Virus record (IMG/VR): IMGVR_UViG_2636415477_000010
Length of the DNA: 33,307 nucleotides
Direction: 5' to 3' (one strand)
Origin: a virus
Taxonomy: Duplodnaviria > Heunggongvirae > Uroviricota > Caudoviricetes
The notes under the pieces were generated by a model. That model worked only from the letters and a program-made list of their open reading frames with translations. It did no database searches and was not told the DNA's origin. Position numbers and translations under genes: made by a program. Below are positions 17,986 to 32,405 of the stretch, piece after piece. The number at the start of each line of letters is the position of its first letter. Within the stretch, counting starts at the first letter, position 1.

Positions 17986-18261
17986 AAAAATGTCCGATAA
18001 TTTTACTTTCTACCGCAGTTAGTTGATTCGTTGGTCCTGGTAGCACATTGGGCGAGGATTTAAATGCCAGGCAACTGAAGGATGATGTCGCAAGGGAGAT
18101 AGCGAGAATATTTCTGATTTTCATTTGATGATGCCTCTGTGTGAAATGACGGTAAACGACGCACTTGTGCCGGCACATAATAGCAAGCACCATAATAGAT
18201 CAGATTCGATTCTTGCTGTAAGTGATAATTATTCTCGTTTTCGGGTCCTTTCCGTCGATCC

Positions 18262-18460
18262 AACAGGTTACGGGGCGGCGACCTCGCGGGTTTTCGCTAT
18301 TTATGAAAATTTTCCGGTTTAAGGCGTTTCCGTTCTTCTTCGCCGTAACCTAATGTTTTTATTTAAAACACCCCCTGAAAAGAAAGGAAACGACAGGTGC
18401 TGAAAACGGGCTTTTTAGCCTCTGTCGTTTCCTTTCTCTGTTTTTGTCCGTGGAATGAAC
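18262..18460 (+). other. cos site: cosN cohesive end plus cosB terminase-binding region upstream of nu1
   Basis: GGGCGGCGACCT at 18273-18284 followed by TCGCGGGTTTTCGCTATTTATGAAAATTTTCCGG... matches the lambda left-end/cos sequence as recalled. Confidence 0.85.
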
Positions 18461-18461
18461 A

Positions 18462-18981
18462 ATGGAAGTCAACAAAAAGCAGCTGGCTGACATTTTCGGT
18501 GCGAGTATCCGTACCATTCAGAACTGGCAGGAGCAGGGAATGCCCGTTCTGCGAGGTGGTGGGAAGGGTAATGAGGTGCTTTATGACTCTGCCGCCGTCA
18601 TAAAATGGTATGCCGAAAGGGATGCTGAAATTGAGAACGAAAAGCTGCGCCGGGAGGTTGAAGAACTGCGGCAGGCCAGCGAGGCAGATCTCCAGCCAGG
18701 GACTATTGAGTACGAACGCCATCGACTTACGCGTGCGCAGGCCGACGCACAGGAACTGAAGAATGCCAGAGACTCCGCTGAAGTGGTGGAAACCGCATTC
18801 TGTACTTTCGTGTTGTCGCGGATCGCAGGTGAAATTGCCAGTATTCTCGACGGGCTCCCCCTGTCGGTGCAGCGGCGTTTTCCGGAACTGGAAAACCGAC
18901 ATGTTGATTTCCTGAAACGGGATATCATCAAAGCCATGAACAAAGCAGCCGCGCTGGATGAACTGATACCGGGGTTGCTGA

Positions 18982-19007
<26 letters not shown>
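18462..19007 (+). CDS. nu1: Terminase small subunit Nu1
   Basis: 181 aa; MEVNKKQLADIFGASIRTIQNWQEQGMPVLRGGGKGNEVLYDSAAVIKWY... matches lambda Nu1 as recalled. Confidence 0.95.
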
Positions 19008-22688
<3,681 letters not shown>

Positions 22689-22708
<20 letters not shown>

Positions 22709-24020
22709 TCTCCCGCATATTGCCAGCATGGCCTTTAATGAGCCGCTGATGCTTGAACCCGCCTATGCGCGGGTTTTCTTTTGTGCGCTTGCAGGCCAGC
22801 TTGGGATCAGCCGCCTGACGGATGCGGTGTCCGGCGACAGCCTGACTGCCCAGGAGGCACTCGCGACGCTGGCATTATCCGGTGATGATGACGGACCACG
22901 ACAGGCCCGGAGTTATCAGGTCATGAACGGCATCGCCGTGCTGCCGGTGTCCGGCACGCTGGTCAGCCGGACGCGGGCGCTGCAGCCGTACTCGGGGATG
23001 ACCGGTTACAACGGCATTATCGCCCGTCTGCAACAGGCTGCCAGCGACCCGATGGTGGACGGCATTCTGCTCGATATGGACACGCCAGGCGGAATGGTGG
23101 CGGGGGCATTTGACTGCGCTGACATCATCGCCCGTGTGCGTGACATAAAACCGGTATGGGCGCTGGCCAACGACATGAACTGCAGTGCAGGTCAGCTGCT
23201 TGCCAGTGCCGCCTCCCGGCGTCTGGTCACGCAGACCGCCCGGACAGGCTCCATCGGCGTCATGATGGCTCACAGTAATTACGGTGCTGTCCTGGAGAAA
23301 CAGGGTGTGGAAATCACGCTGATTTACAGCGGCAGCCATAAGGTGGATGGCAATCCCTACAGCCATCTTCCGGATGACGTCCGGGAGACACTGCAGTCCC
23401 GGATGGACGCAACCCGCCAGATGTTTGCGCAGAAGGTGTCGGCATATACCGGCCTGTCTGTGCAGGCTGTGCTGGATACCGAGGCTGCAGTGTACAGCGG
23501 TCAGGAGGCCATTGATGCCGGACTGGCTGATGAACTTGTTAACAGCAGCGATGCGATCACCGTCATGCGTGATGCACTGGATGCACGTAAATCCCGTCTC
23601 TCAGGAGGGCGAATGACCAAAGAGACTCAATCAACAACTGTTTCAGCCACTGCTTCGCAGGCTGACATCACCACCGTGGAGCCTGCGAAGGAGGGCGAAA
23701 ACGCCAGCGCGGCGCAGCCGGATGTGAACGCACAGATCACCGCAGCGGTTGCGGCAGAAAACAGCCGCATTATGGGGATCCTCAACTGTGAGGAGGCTCA
23801 CGGACGCGAAGAACAGGCGCGCGTTCTGGCAGAAACCCCCGGAATGACCGTGGAAACGGCCCGCCGCATTCTGGCCGCAGCACCACAGAGTGCACAGGCG
23901 CGCAGTGACACTGCGCTGGATCGTCTGATGCAGGGTGCACCGGCACCGCTGGCTGCAGGTAACCTGGCATCTGATACCAATAAAGAATTACTTAATACAC
24001 CTGAAGCTTTACCGGTATAA
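22689..24020 (+). CDS. C: Head maturation protease C (ClpP-like); the track ORF from 22542 extends upstream, probable start is the GTG at 22689
   Basis: From the GTG: TAELRNLPHIASMAFNEPLMLEPAYARVFFCALAGQLGIS... matches lambda gpC as recalled. Confidence 0.9.
23403..24020 (+). CDS. nu3: Scaffolding protein Nu3, in-frame internal start within C
   Basis: ATG at 23403 in the C frame (MDATRQMFAQKVS...), by analogy with lambda where Nu3 is the C-terminal in-frame product. Confidence 0.6.
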   Translation: MDATRQMFAQKVSAYTGLSVQAVLDTEAAVYSGQEAIDAGLADELVNSSDAITVMRDALDARKSRLSGGRMTKETQSTTVSATASQADITTVEPAKEGENASAAQPDVNAQITAAVAAENSRIMGILNCEEAHGREEQARVLAETPGMTVETARRILAAAPQSAQARSDTALDRLMQGAPAPLAAGNLASDTNKELLNTPEALPV

Positions 24021-24029
24021 GAGGCAGTT

Positions 24030-24362
24030 ATGGCGACAAAAGAAGAGTTTAACCATTACCAGCCGCTGGGTAACAGTGATCCGGCTCATACAGCAATTGC
24101 GCCTGGCGGATTGAGTGCGAAAACGCCTGCAATGACCCCACTGATGCTGGATGGCACTACCCGTAAGCTGGTTGTGTGGGATGGCACCACCGACGGTGCA
24201 GCCGTTGGCATTCTTGCGGTTGCTGCTGACCAGACCAGCACCACACTGACGTTCTACAAGTCCGGCTCGTTCCGTTATGAGGATGTGCTCTGGCCGGAGG
24301 CTGCCAGCGACGAGACGAAAAAACGGACCGCGTTTGCCGGAACGGCAATCAGCATCGTTTAA
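24030..24362 (+). CDS. D: Head decoration protein D
   Basis: 110 aa, lambda gpD-like. Confidence 0.95.
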   Translation: MATKEEFNHYQPLGNSDPAHTAIAPGGLSAKTPAMTPLMLDGTTRKLVVWDGTTDGAAVGILAVAADQTSTTLTFYKSGSFRYEDVLWPEAASDETKKRTAFAGTAISIV

Positions 24363-24417
24363 TCTTCCCCTTCATCAACAAAGGCCGCCTGTGCGGCTTT
24401 TTTTATGGAAATAATTT

Positions 24418-25443
24418 ATGTCTGTATATACAACTGCAGAATTACTGGCATCGACCCAGCATCACTTTAAGTTCGATCCGCTGTTTCTGCGCCTGTTTTT
24501 CCGTGAAACCTATCCTTTCACCACGGAAAAAGTCTATCTCTCACAAATTCCGGGACTGGTAAACATGGCGCTGTACGTTTCGCCGATTGTTTCCGGTGAG
24601 GTTATCCGATCCCGTGGCGGCTCCACCTCTGAATTTACGCCGGGTTATGTCAAACCCAAGCATGAGGTGAATCCGCAGATGACCCTGCGTCGCCTGCCGG
24701 ATGAAGATCCGCAGAACCTGGCTGACCCGGCTTACCGTCGTCGCCGTATTATTCGGCAGAATATGCTGGATGAAAATCTGGCGATTGCCCAGGTCGAAGA
24801 GATGCAGGCAGTTTCTGCCGTGCTTAAGGGCAAATATACCATGACCGGTGAAGCCTTCGATCCGGTTGAGGTGGATATGGGCCGCAGTGAGGCGAATAAC
24901 ATCACGCAGTCCGGCGGCACGGAGTGGAGCAAGCGTGACAAGTCCACGTATGACCCGACCGACGATATCGAAGCCTACGCGCTGAACGCCAGCGGTGTGG
25001 TGAATATCATCGTGTTTGATCCGAAAGGCTGGGCGCTGTTCCGTTCCTTCAAAGCCGTCAAGGAGAAGCTGGATACCCGTCGCGGCTCTCATTCCGAGCT
25101 GGAGACAGCGGTAAAAGACCTGGGCAAAGCGGTGTCTTATAAGGGAATGTATGGCGATGTGGCCATCGTCGTGTATTCCGGACAGTACGTGGAAAACGGC
25201 GTCAAAAAGAACTTCCTGCCGGACAACACGATGGTGCTGGGGAACACTCAGGCACGCGGTCTGCGCACCTATGGTTGCATTCAGGATGCGGACGCACAGC
25301 GCGAAGGCATTAACGCCTCTGCCCGTTACCCGAAAAACTGGGTGACCACCGGCGACCCGGCGCGTGAGTTCACCATGATTCAGTCAGCACCGCTGATGCT
25401 GCTGGCTGACCCTGATGAGTTCGTGTCTGTACAACTGGCGTAA
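24418..25443 (+). CDS. E: Major capsid protein E
   Basis: 341 aa, lambda gpE-like; a GC hairpin GGCCCTTCGGGGCC follows the stop. Confidence 0.95.
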   Translation: MSVYTTAELLASTQHHFKFDPLFLRLFFRETYPFTTEKVYLSQIPGLVNMALYVSPIVSGEVIRSRGGSTSEFTPGYVKPKHEVNPQMTLRRLPDEDPQNLADPAYRRRRIIRQNMLDENLAIAQVEEMQAVSAVLKGKYTMTGEAFDPVEVDMGRSEANNITQSGGTEWSKRDKSTYDPTDDIEAYALNASGVVNIIVFDPKGWALFRSFKAVKEKLDTRRGSHSELETAVKDLGKAVSYKGMYGDVAIVVYSGQYVENGVKKNFLPDNTMVLGNTQARGLRTYGCIQDADAQREGINASARYPKNWVTTGDPAREFTMIQSAPLMLLADPDEFVSVQLA

Positions 25444-25484
25444 TCATGGCCCTTCGGGGCCATTGTTTCTCTGTGGAGGAGTCC

Positions 25485-25880
25485 ATGACGAAAGATGAAC
25501 TGATTGCCCGTCTCCGCTCGCTGGGTGAACAACTGAACCGTGATATCAGCCTGACGGGGACGAAAGAAGAACTGGCGCTCCGTGTGGCAGAACTGGAAGA
25601 AGAGCTTGATGACACGGGCGACACTGCCGGTCAGGATATCCCTCTCAGCCCGGAAAATGTGCTGACCGGACATGAAAATGAGGTTGTATCAGCGCAGCCG
25701 GATACCGTGACTGATACGGCTGATCTGGTCACGGTTGTGGCACTGGTGACGCTGCATACTGATGCACTTCACGCCACGCGGGATGAGGCTGTGGCATTTG
25801 TGCTGCCGGGAACGGCGTTCCGTGTCTCTGCCGGTGTGGCAGCTGAAATGACAGAGCGCGGCCTGGCCAGAATACAATAA
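25485..25880 (+). CDS. FI: DNA-packaging protein FI
   Basis: ATG at 25485 with GGAGGA upstream; MTKDELIARLRSLGEQLNRD... matches lambda FI as recalled. Confidence 0.9.
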   Translation: MTKDELIARLRSLGEQLNRDISLTGTKEELALRVAELEEELDDTGDTAGQDIPLSPENVLTGHENEVVSAQPDTVTDTADLVTVVALVTLHTDALHATRDEAVAFVLPGTAFRVSAGVAAEMTERGLARIQ

Positions 25881-25891
25881 CGGGAGGCGCT

Positions 25892-26245
25892 GTGGCTGAT
25901 TTCGATAACCTGTTCGATGCTGCCATTGCCTGCGCCGATGAAACGATACGCGGGTACATGGGAACGTCAGCCACCATGACATCCGGTGAGCAGTCCGGTG
26001 CTGTGATACGTGGTGTTTTTGATGACCCTGAAAATATCAGCTATGCCGGACAGGGCGTGCGCGTTGAAGGCTCCAGCCCGTCCCTGTTTGTCCGGACTGA
26101 TGATGTGCGGCAGCTGCGGCGCGGCGACACGCTGACCATCGGTGAGGAAAACTTCTGGATAGACCGGATTTCGCCGGATGATGGCGGAAGCTGTCATCTC
26201 TGGCTTGGGCGGGGCGTACCGCCTGCCGTTAACCGTCGCCGCTGA
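25892..26245 (+). CDS. FII: Head-tail connector FII (GTG start)
   Basis: 117 aa, lambda FII-like. Confidence 0.9.
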   Translation: MADFDNLFDAAIACADETIRGYMGTSATMTSGEQSGAVIRGVFDDPENISYAGQGVRVEGSSPSLFVRTDDVRQLRRGDTLTIGEENFWIDRISPDDGGSCHLWLGRGVPPAVNRRR

Positions 26246-26256
26246 AAGGGGGATGT

Positions 26257-26835
26257 ATGGCCATAAAAGGTCTTGAGCAGGCCGTTGAAAACCTCAGCCG
26301 TATCAGCAGAACGGCGGTGCCCGGTGCCGCCGCAATGGCCATTAACCGCGTTGCTTCATCCGCGATATCGCAGTCGGTGGCACAGGTTGCCCGTGAGACA
26401 AAGGTACGCCGGAAACTGGTAAAGGAAAGGGCCAGGCTGAAAAGGGCCACAGTCAAAAATCCGCAGGCCAGAATCAAAGTTAACCGGGGGGATTTGCCCG
26501 TAATCAGGCTGGGTAACGCGCGGGTTGTCCTGTCCCGACGCAGGCGTCGTAAAAAGGGGCAGCGTTCATCCCTGAAAGGTGGCGGCAGCGTGCTTGTGGT
26601 GGGAAACCGTCGTATTCCCGGCGCGTTTATTCAGCAACTGAAAAATGGCCGCTGGCATGTCATGCAGCGTGTGGCCGGGAAAAACCGTTACCCCATTGAT
26701 GTGGTGAAAATTCCGATGGCGGTGCCGCTGACCACGGCGTTTAAACAGAATATTGAGCGGATACGGCGTGAGCGTCTTCCGAAAGAGCTGGGCTATGCGC
26801 TGCAGCATCAACTGAGGATGGTAATAAAGCGATGA
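26257..26835 (+). CDS. Z: Tail completion protein Z
   Basis: 192 aa, lambda gpZ-like. Confidence 0.9.
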   Translation: MAIKGLEQAVENLSRISRTAVPGAAAMAINRVASSAISQSVAQVARETKVRRKLVKERARLKRATVKNPQARIKVNRGDLPVIRLGNARVVLSRRRRRKKGQRSSLKGGGSVLVVGNRRIPGAFIQQLKNGRWHVMQRVAGKNRYPIDVVKIPMAVPLTTAFKQNIERIRRERLPKELGYALQHQLRMVIKR

Positions 26836-27227
26836 AACATACTGAACTCCGTGCAGCCGTACTGGATGCACTGGAAAAATATGACACCGGGGCGACGCTT
26901 TTTGATGGTCGCCCCGCTGTTTTTGATGAGGCGGATTTTCCGGCAATTGCCGTTTATCTCACCGGCGCTGAATACACGGGCGAAGAGCTGGACAGCGATA
27001 CCTGGCAGGCGGAGCTGCATATTGAAGTTTTCCTGCCTGCTCAGGTGCCGGATTCAGCGCTGGATTCGTGGATGGAGTCCCGGATTTATCCGGTGATGAG
27101 CGATATCCCGGCACTGTCAGATTTGATCACCAGTATGGTGGCCAGTGGCTATGACTACCGACGCGACGATGATGCGGGCCTGTGGAGTTCAGCCGATCTG
27201 ACTTATGTCATTACCTATGAAATGTGA
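26832..27227 (+). CDS. U: Tail terminator protein U
   Basis: 131 aa, lambda gpU-like. Confidence 0.9.
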   Translation: MKHTELRAAVLDALEKYDTGATLFDGRPAVFDEADFPAIAVYLTGAEYTGEELDSDTWQAELHIEVFLPAQVPDSALDSWMESRIYPVMSDIPALSDLITSMVASGYDYRRDDDAGLWSSADLTYVITYEM

Positions 27228-27975
27228 GGACGATATGCCTGTACCAAATCCTACAATGCCGGTGAAAGGTGCCGGGACCACACTGTGGGTTTATAAGGGG
27301 AACGGTGACCCTTATGCGAACCCGCTTTCAGACGTGGACTGGTCGCGTCTGGCAAAAGTTAAAGACCTGACGCCCGGCGAACTGACCGCTGAGTCCTATG
27401 ACGACAGCTATCTCGATGATGAAGATGCGGACTGGACTGCGACCGGGCAGGGGCAGAAATCAGCCGGAGATACCAGCTTCACGCTGGCGTGGATGCCCGG
27501 AGAACAGGGGCAGCAGGCGCTGCTGGCGTGGTTTAATGAAGGTGATACCCGTGCCTATAAAATCCGCTTCCCGAACGGCACGGTCGATGTGTTCCGTGGC
27601 TGGGTCAGCAGTATCGGTAAAGCGGTGACGGCGAAGGAAGTGATCACCCGCACGGTGAAGGTCACCAATGTGGGACGCCCGTCGATGGCAGAAGATCGCA
27701 GCACGGTCACAGCGGCAACCGGCATGACCGTGACGCCTGCCAGCACCTCGGTGGTGAAAGGGCAGAGCACGACGCTGACCGTGGCATTCCAGCCGGAAGG
27801 CGCAACCGACAAGAGCTTCCGTGCGGTGTCTGCGGATAAAACAAAAGCCACCGTGTCGGTCAGTGGTATGACCATCACCGTGAACGGCGTTGCTGCAGGC
27901 AGGGTCAACATTCCGGTTGTATCCGGTAATGGTGAGTTTGCTGCGGTTGCAGAAATCACCGTCACCGCCAGTTAA
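27205..27975 (+). CDS. V: Major tail tube protein V with C-terminal Ig-like domain
   Basis: 256 aa, lambda gpV-like. Confidence 0.9.
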   Translation: MSLPMKCEDDMPVPNPTMPVKGAGTTLWVYKGNGDPYANPLSDVDWSRLAKVKDLTPGELTAESYDDSYLDDEDADWTATGQGQKSAGDTSFTLAWMPGEQGQQALLAWFNEGDTRAYKIRFPNGTVDVFRGWVSSIGKAVTAKEVITRTVKVTNVGRPSMAEDRSTVTAATGMTVTPASTSVVKGQSTTLTVAFQPEGATDKSFRAVSADKTKATVSVSGMTITVNGVAAGRVNIPVVSGNGEFAAVAEITVTAS

Positions 27976-27990
27976 TCCGGAGAGTCAGCG

Positions 27991-28413
27991 ATGTTCCTGA
28001 AAACCGAATCATTTGAACATAACGGCGTGACCGTCACGCTTTCTGAACTGTCAGCCCTGCAGCGTATTGAGCATCTTGCCCTGATGAAACGGCAGGCAGA
28101 ACAGGCGGAGTCAGACAGCAACCGGCAGGTTACTGTGGAAGACGTCATCAGAACCGGTGCTTTTGTGGTGGCGATGTCCCTGTGGCATAACCATCCGAAG
28201 AAGACGCAGATGCCGTCCATGAATGAGGCCGTTAAACAGATTGAGCAGGAAGTGCTTACCACCTGGCCCACAGAGGCAATTTCTCATGCTGAAAACGTGG
28301 TGTACCGGCTGTCCGGTATGTCTGAGTTTGTGGTGAATAATGCCCCTGAACAGGCAGAGGACGCCGGGCCTGCAGAGCCTGTTTCTGCGGGAAAGTGTTC
28401 GACGGTGAGCTGA
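27991..28413 (+). CDS. G: Tail assembly chaperone G
   Basis: 140 aa, lambda gpG-like, ending ...PVSAGKCSTVS. Confidence 0.9.
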   Translation: MFLKTESFEHNGVTVTLSELSALQRIEHLALMKRQAEQAESDSNRQVTVEDVIRTGAFVVAMSLWHNHPKKTQMPSMNEAVKQIEQEVLTTWPTEAISHAENVVYRLSGMSEFVVNNAPEQAEDAGPAEPVSAGKCSTVS

Positions 28414-28829
28414 GTTTTGCCCTGAAACTGGCGCGTGAGATGGGGCGACCCGACTGGCGCGCCATGCTTGCCGGGATGTCATCCACGGAGTATGCCGACT
28501 GGCACCGCTTTTACAGTACCCACTATTTTCATGATGTTCTGCTGGATATGCACTTTTCCGGGCTGACGTACACCGTACTCAGCCTGTTTTTCAGCGATCC
28601 GGATATGCATCCGCTGGATTTCAGTCTGCTGAACCGGCGTGAGGCTGACGAAGAGCCTGAAGATGATGTGCTGATGCAGAAAGCGGCAGGGCTTGCCGGA
28701 GGCGTCCGCTTTGACCCGGACGGGAATGAAGTTATCCCCGCTTCCCCGGATGTGACGGGCATGACGGAGGATGACGTAATGCTGATGACAGTATCAGAAG
28801 GGATCGCAGGAGGAGTCCGGTATGGCTGA
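27991..28829 (+). CDS. T: Tail assembly chaperone G-T fusion made by programmed -1 ribosomal frameshift
   Basis: Slippery heptamer G_GGA_AAG at 28389-28395 in the G frame; the -1 frame continues as VFDGELSFALKLAREMGRPDW... to 28829 (lambda gpT-like). Confidence 0.85.
28389..28395 (+). promoter_or_regulatory. -1 programmed frameshift slippery site (GGGAAAG)
   Basis: XXXYYYZ heptamer with GGA and AAG as zero-frame codons of G, positioned as in lambda G/T. Confidence 0.85.
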
Positions 28830-31383
28830 ACCGGTAGGCGATCTGGTCGTTGATTTAAGTCTGGATGCGGCCAGATTTGACGAGCAGATGGCCAGAGTCA
28901 GGCGTCATTTTTCCGGTACGGAAACTGATGCGAAAAAAACAGCGGCAGTCGTTGAACAGTCGATGAACCGGCAGGCGCTGGCTGCACAGAAAGCGGGGAT
29001 TTCCGTCGGGCAGTATAAAGCTGCCATGCGTATGCTGCCTGCGCAGTTCACCGACGTGGCCACGCAGCTTGCAGGCGGGCAAAGTCCGTGGCTGATCCTG
29101 CTGCAACAGGGTGGTCAGGTTAAGGACTCCTTCGGCGGGATGATCCCCATGTTCCGGGGGCTTGCCGGTGCGATCACCCTGCCGATGGTCGGGGCCACCT
29201 CGCTGGCGGTGGCGACCGGTGCGCTGGCGTATGCCTGGTATCAGGGTAACTCAACCCTGTCCGATTTCAACAAAACGCTGGTCCTTTCCGGTAATCAGTC
29301 GGGTCTGACGGCAGATCGTATGCTGGTCCTGTCCAGAGCCGGGCAGGCGGCAGGGCTGACGTTTAACCAGACCAGCGAGTCACTCAGTGCACTGGTTAAG
29401 GCGGGGGTAAGCGGTGAGGCTCAGATTGCGTCCATCAGCCAGAGTGTGGCGCGTTTCTCCTCTGCATCCGGCGTGGAGGTGGACAAGGTCGCTGAAGCCT
29501 TCGGGAAGCTGACCACTGACCCGACGTCGGGGCTGACGGCGATGGCGCGCCAGTTCCATAACGTGACGGCGGAGCAAATTGCGTATGTTGCTCAGTTGCA
29601 GCGTTCCGGCGATGAGGCCGGGGCATTGCAGGCAGCGAACGAGGCCGCAACGAAAGGGTTTGATGACCAGACCCGCCGCCTGAAAGAGAACATGGGCACG
29701 CTGGAGACCTGGGCAGACAGGACTGCGCGGGCATTCAAATCCATGTGGGATGCGGTGCTGGATATTGGTCGTCCTGATACCGCGCAGGAGATGCTGATTA
29801 AGGCAGAGGCTGCGTTTAAGAAAGCAGACGACATCTGGAATCTGCGCAAGGATGATTATTTTGTTAACGATGAAGCGCGGGCGCGTTACTGGGATGATCG
29901 TGAAAAGGCCCGTCTTGCGCTTGAAGCCGCCCGAAAGAAGGCTGAACAGCAGAGTCAACAGGACAAAAATGCGCAGCAGCAGAGCGATACCGAAGCGTCA
30001 CGGCTGAAATATACCGAAGAGGCGCAGAAGGCTTACGAACGGCTGCAGACGCCGCTGGAGAAATATGCCGCCCGTCAGGAAGAACTGAATAAGGCCCTGA
30101 AAGACGGAAAAATCCTGCAGGCAGATTACAACACGCTGATGGCGGCAGCGAAAAAGGACTATGAAACGACACTGAAAAAGCCGAAGCAGTCCGGCGTGAA
30201 GGTGTCTGCGGGCGATCGTCAGGAAGACAGTGCTCATGCTGCCCTGCTGACGCTTCAGGCTGAACTCCGGACGCTGGAGAAGCATGCCGGAGCAAATGAG
30301 AAAATCAGCCAGCAGCGCCGGGATTTGTGGAAGGCGGAGAGTCAGTTCGCGGTACTGGAGGAGGCGGCGCAACGTCGCCAGCTGTCTGCACAGGAGAAAT
30401 CCCTGCTGGCGCATAAAGATGAGACGCTGGAGTACAAACGCCAGCTGGCTGCACTTGGCGACAAGGTTACGTATCAGGAGCGCCTGAACGCGCTGGCGCA
30501 GCAGGCGGATAAATTCGCACAGCAGCAACGGGCAAAACGGGCCGCCATTGATGCGAAAAGCCGGGGGCTGACTGACCGGCAGGCAGAACGGGAAGCCACG
30601 GAACAGCGCCTGAAGGAACAGTATGGCGATAATCCGCTGGCGCTGAATAACGTCATGTCAGAGCAGAAAAAGACCTGGGCGGCTGAAGACCAGCTTCGCG
30701 GGAACTGGATGGCAGGCCTGAAGTCCGGCTGGAGTGAGTGGGAAGAGAGCGCCACGGACAGTATGTCGCAGGTAAAAAGTGCAGCCACGCAGACCTTTGA
30801 TGGTATTGCACAGAATATGGCGGCGATGCTGACCGGCAGTGAGCAGAACTGGCGCAGCTTCACCCGTTCCGTGCTGTCCATGATGACAGAAATTCTGCTT
30901 AAGCAGGCAATGGTGGGGATTGTCGGGAGTATCGGCAGCGCCATTGGCGGGGCTGTTGGTGGCGGCGCATCCGCGTCAGGCGGTACAGCCATTCAGGCCG
31001 CTGCGGCGAAATTCCATTTTGCAACCGGAGGATTTACGGGAACCGGCGGCAAATATGAGCCAGCGGGGATTGTTCACCGTGGTGAGTTTGTCTTCACGAA
31101 GGAGGCAACCAGCCGGATTGGCGTGGGGAATCTTTACCGGCTGATGCGCGGCTATGCCACCGGCGGTTATGTCGGTACACCGGGCAGCATGGCAGACAGC
31201 CGGTCGCAGGCGTCCGGGACGTTTGAGCAGAATAACCATGTGGTGATTAACAACGACGGCACGAACGGGCAGATAGGTCCGGCTGCTCTGAAGGCGGTGT
31301 ATGACATGGCCCGCAAGGGTGCCCGTGATGAAATTCAGACACAGATGCGTGATGGTGGCCTGTTCTCCGGAGGTGGACGATGA
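28822..31383 (+). CDS. H: Tail tape measure protein H
   Basis: 853 aa, lambda gpH-like. Confidence 0.95.
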   Translation: MAEPVGDLVVDLSLDAARFDEQMARVRRHFSGTETDAKKTAAVVEQSMNRQALAAQKAGISVGQYKAAMRMLPAQFTDVATQLAGGQSPWLILLQQGGQVKDSFGGMIPMFRGLAGAITLPMVGATSLAVATGALAYAWYQGNSTLSDFNKTLVLSGNQSGLTADRMLVLSRAGQAAGLTFNQTSESLSALVKAGVSGEAQIASISQSVARFSSASGVEVDKVAEAFGKLTTDPTSGLTAMARQFHNVTAEQIAYVAQLQRSGDEAGALQAANEAATKGFDDQTRRLKENMGTLETWADRTARAFKSMWDAVLDIGRPDTAQEMLIKAEAAFKKADDIWNLRKDDYFVNDEARARYWDDREKARLALEAARKKAEQQSQQDKNAQQQSDTEASRLKYTEEAQKAYERLQTPLEKYAARQEELNKALKDGKILQADYNTLMAAAKKDYETTLKKPKQSGVKVSAGDRQEDSAHAALLTLQAELRTLEKHAGANEKISQQRRDLWKAESQFAVLEEAAQRRQLSAQEKSLLAHKDETLEYKRQLAALGDKVTYQERLNALAQQADKFAQQQRAKRAAIDAKSRGLTDRQAEREATEQRLKEQYGDNPLALNNVMSEQKKTWAAEDQLRGNWMAGLKSGWSEWEESATDSMSQVKSAATQTFDGIAQNMAAMLTGSEQNWRSFTRSVLSMMTEILLKQAMVGIVGSIGSAIGGAVGGGASASGGTAIQAAAAKFHFATGGFTGTGGKYEPAGIVHRGEFVFTKEATSRIGVGNLYRLMRGYATGGYVGTPGSMADSRSQASGTFEQNNHVVINNDGTNGQIGPAALKAVYDMARKGARDEIQTQMRDGGLFSGGGR

Positions 31384-31709
31384 AGACCTTCCGCTGGAAA
31401 GTGAAACCCGGTATGGATGTGGCTTCGGTCCCTTCTGTAAGAAAGGTGCGCTTTGGTGATGGCTATTCTCAGCGAGCGCCTGCCGGGCTGAATGCCAACC
31501 TGAAAACGTACAGCGTGACGCTTTCTGTCCCCCGTGAGGAGGCCACGGTACTGGAGTCGTTTCTGGAAGAGCACGGGGGCTGGAAATCCTTTCTGTGGAC
31601 GCCGCCTTATGAGTGGCGGCAGATAAAGGTGACCTGCGCAAAATGGTCGTCGCGGGTCAGTATGCTGCGTGTTGAGTTCAGCGCAGAGTTTGAACAGGTG
31701 GTGAACTGA
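31380..31709 (+). CDS. M: Tail tip protein M
   Basis: 109 aa, lambda gpM-like. Confidence 0.9.
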   Translation: MKTFRWKVKPGMDVASVPSVRKVRFGDGYSQRAPAGLNANLKTYSVTLSVPREEATVLESFLEEHGGWKSFLWTPPYEWRQIKVTCAKWSSRVSMLRVEFSAEFEQVVN

Positions 31710-32401
31710 TGCAGGATATCCGGCAGGAAACACTGAATGAATGCACCCGTGCGGAGCAGTCGGCCAGCGTGGTGCTCTGGGAAATCGACCTGACAGAGGT
31801 CGGTGGAGAACGTTATTTTTTCTGTAATGAGCAGAACGAAAAAGGTGAGCCGGTCACCTGGCAGGGGCGACAGTATCAGCCGTATCCCATTCAGGGGAGC
31901 GGTTTTGAACTGAATGGCAAAGGCACCAGTACGCGCCCCACGCTGACGGTTTCTAACCTGTACGGTATGGTCACCGGGATGGCGGAAGATCTGCAGAGTC
32001 TGGTCGGCGGAACGGTGGTCCGGCGTAAGGTTTACGCCCGTTTTCTGGATGCGGTGAACTTCGTCAACGGAAACAGTTATGCCGATCCGGAGCAGGAGGT
32101 GATCAGCCGCTGGCGCATTGAGCAGTGCAGCGAACTGAGCGCGGTGAGTGCCTCCTTTGTACTGTCCACGCCGACGGAAACGGATGGCGCTGTTTTTCCG
32201 GGACGTATCATGCTGGCCAACACCTGCACCTATCGCGGTGACGAGTGCGGTTATAGCGGTCCGGCTGTCGCGGATGAATATGACCAGCCAACGTCCGATA
32301 TCACGAAGGATAAATGCAGCAAATGCCTGAGCGGTTGTAAGTTCCGCAATAACGTCGGCAACTTTGGCGGCTTCCTTTCCATTAACAAACTTTCGCAGTA
32401 A
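31709..32401 (+). CDS. L: Tail tip protein L
   Basis: 230 aa, lambda gpL-like. Confidence 0.9.
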   Translation: MQDIRQETLNECTRAEQSASVVLWEIDLTEVGGERYFFCNEQNEKGEPVTWQGRQYQPYPIQGSGFELNGKGTSTRPTLTVSNLYGMVTGMAEDLQSLVGGTVVRRKVYARFLDAVNFVNGNSYADPEQEVISRWRIEQCSELSAVSASFVLSTPTETDGAVFPGRIMLANTCTYRGDECGYSGPAVADEYDQPTSDITKDKCSKCLSGCKFRNNVGNFGGFLSINKLSQ

Positions 32402-32405
32402 TCCC

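Noticed and set aside
18363-18902. Long antisense ORFs overlapping the terminase, portal and tail genes (for example 18363-18902, 19042-19809, 29380-29958, 29998-30528, 30474-30992, 30976-31641, 31607-32407, 32421-32825)
   Set aside because: Each lies opposite a plus-strand gene that matches lambda structural proteins over its full length; GC-rich coding DNA often leaves open antisense frames, and none has a convincing start context.
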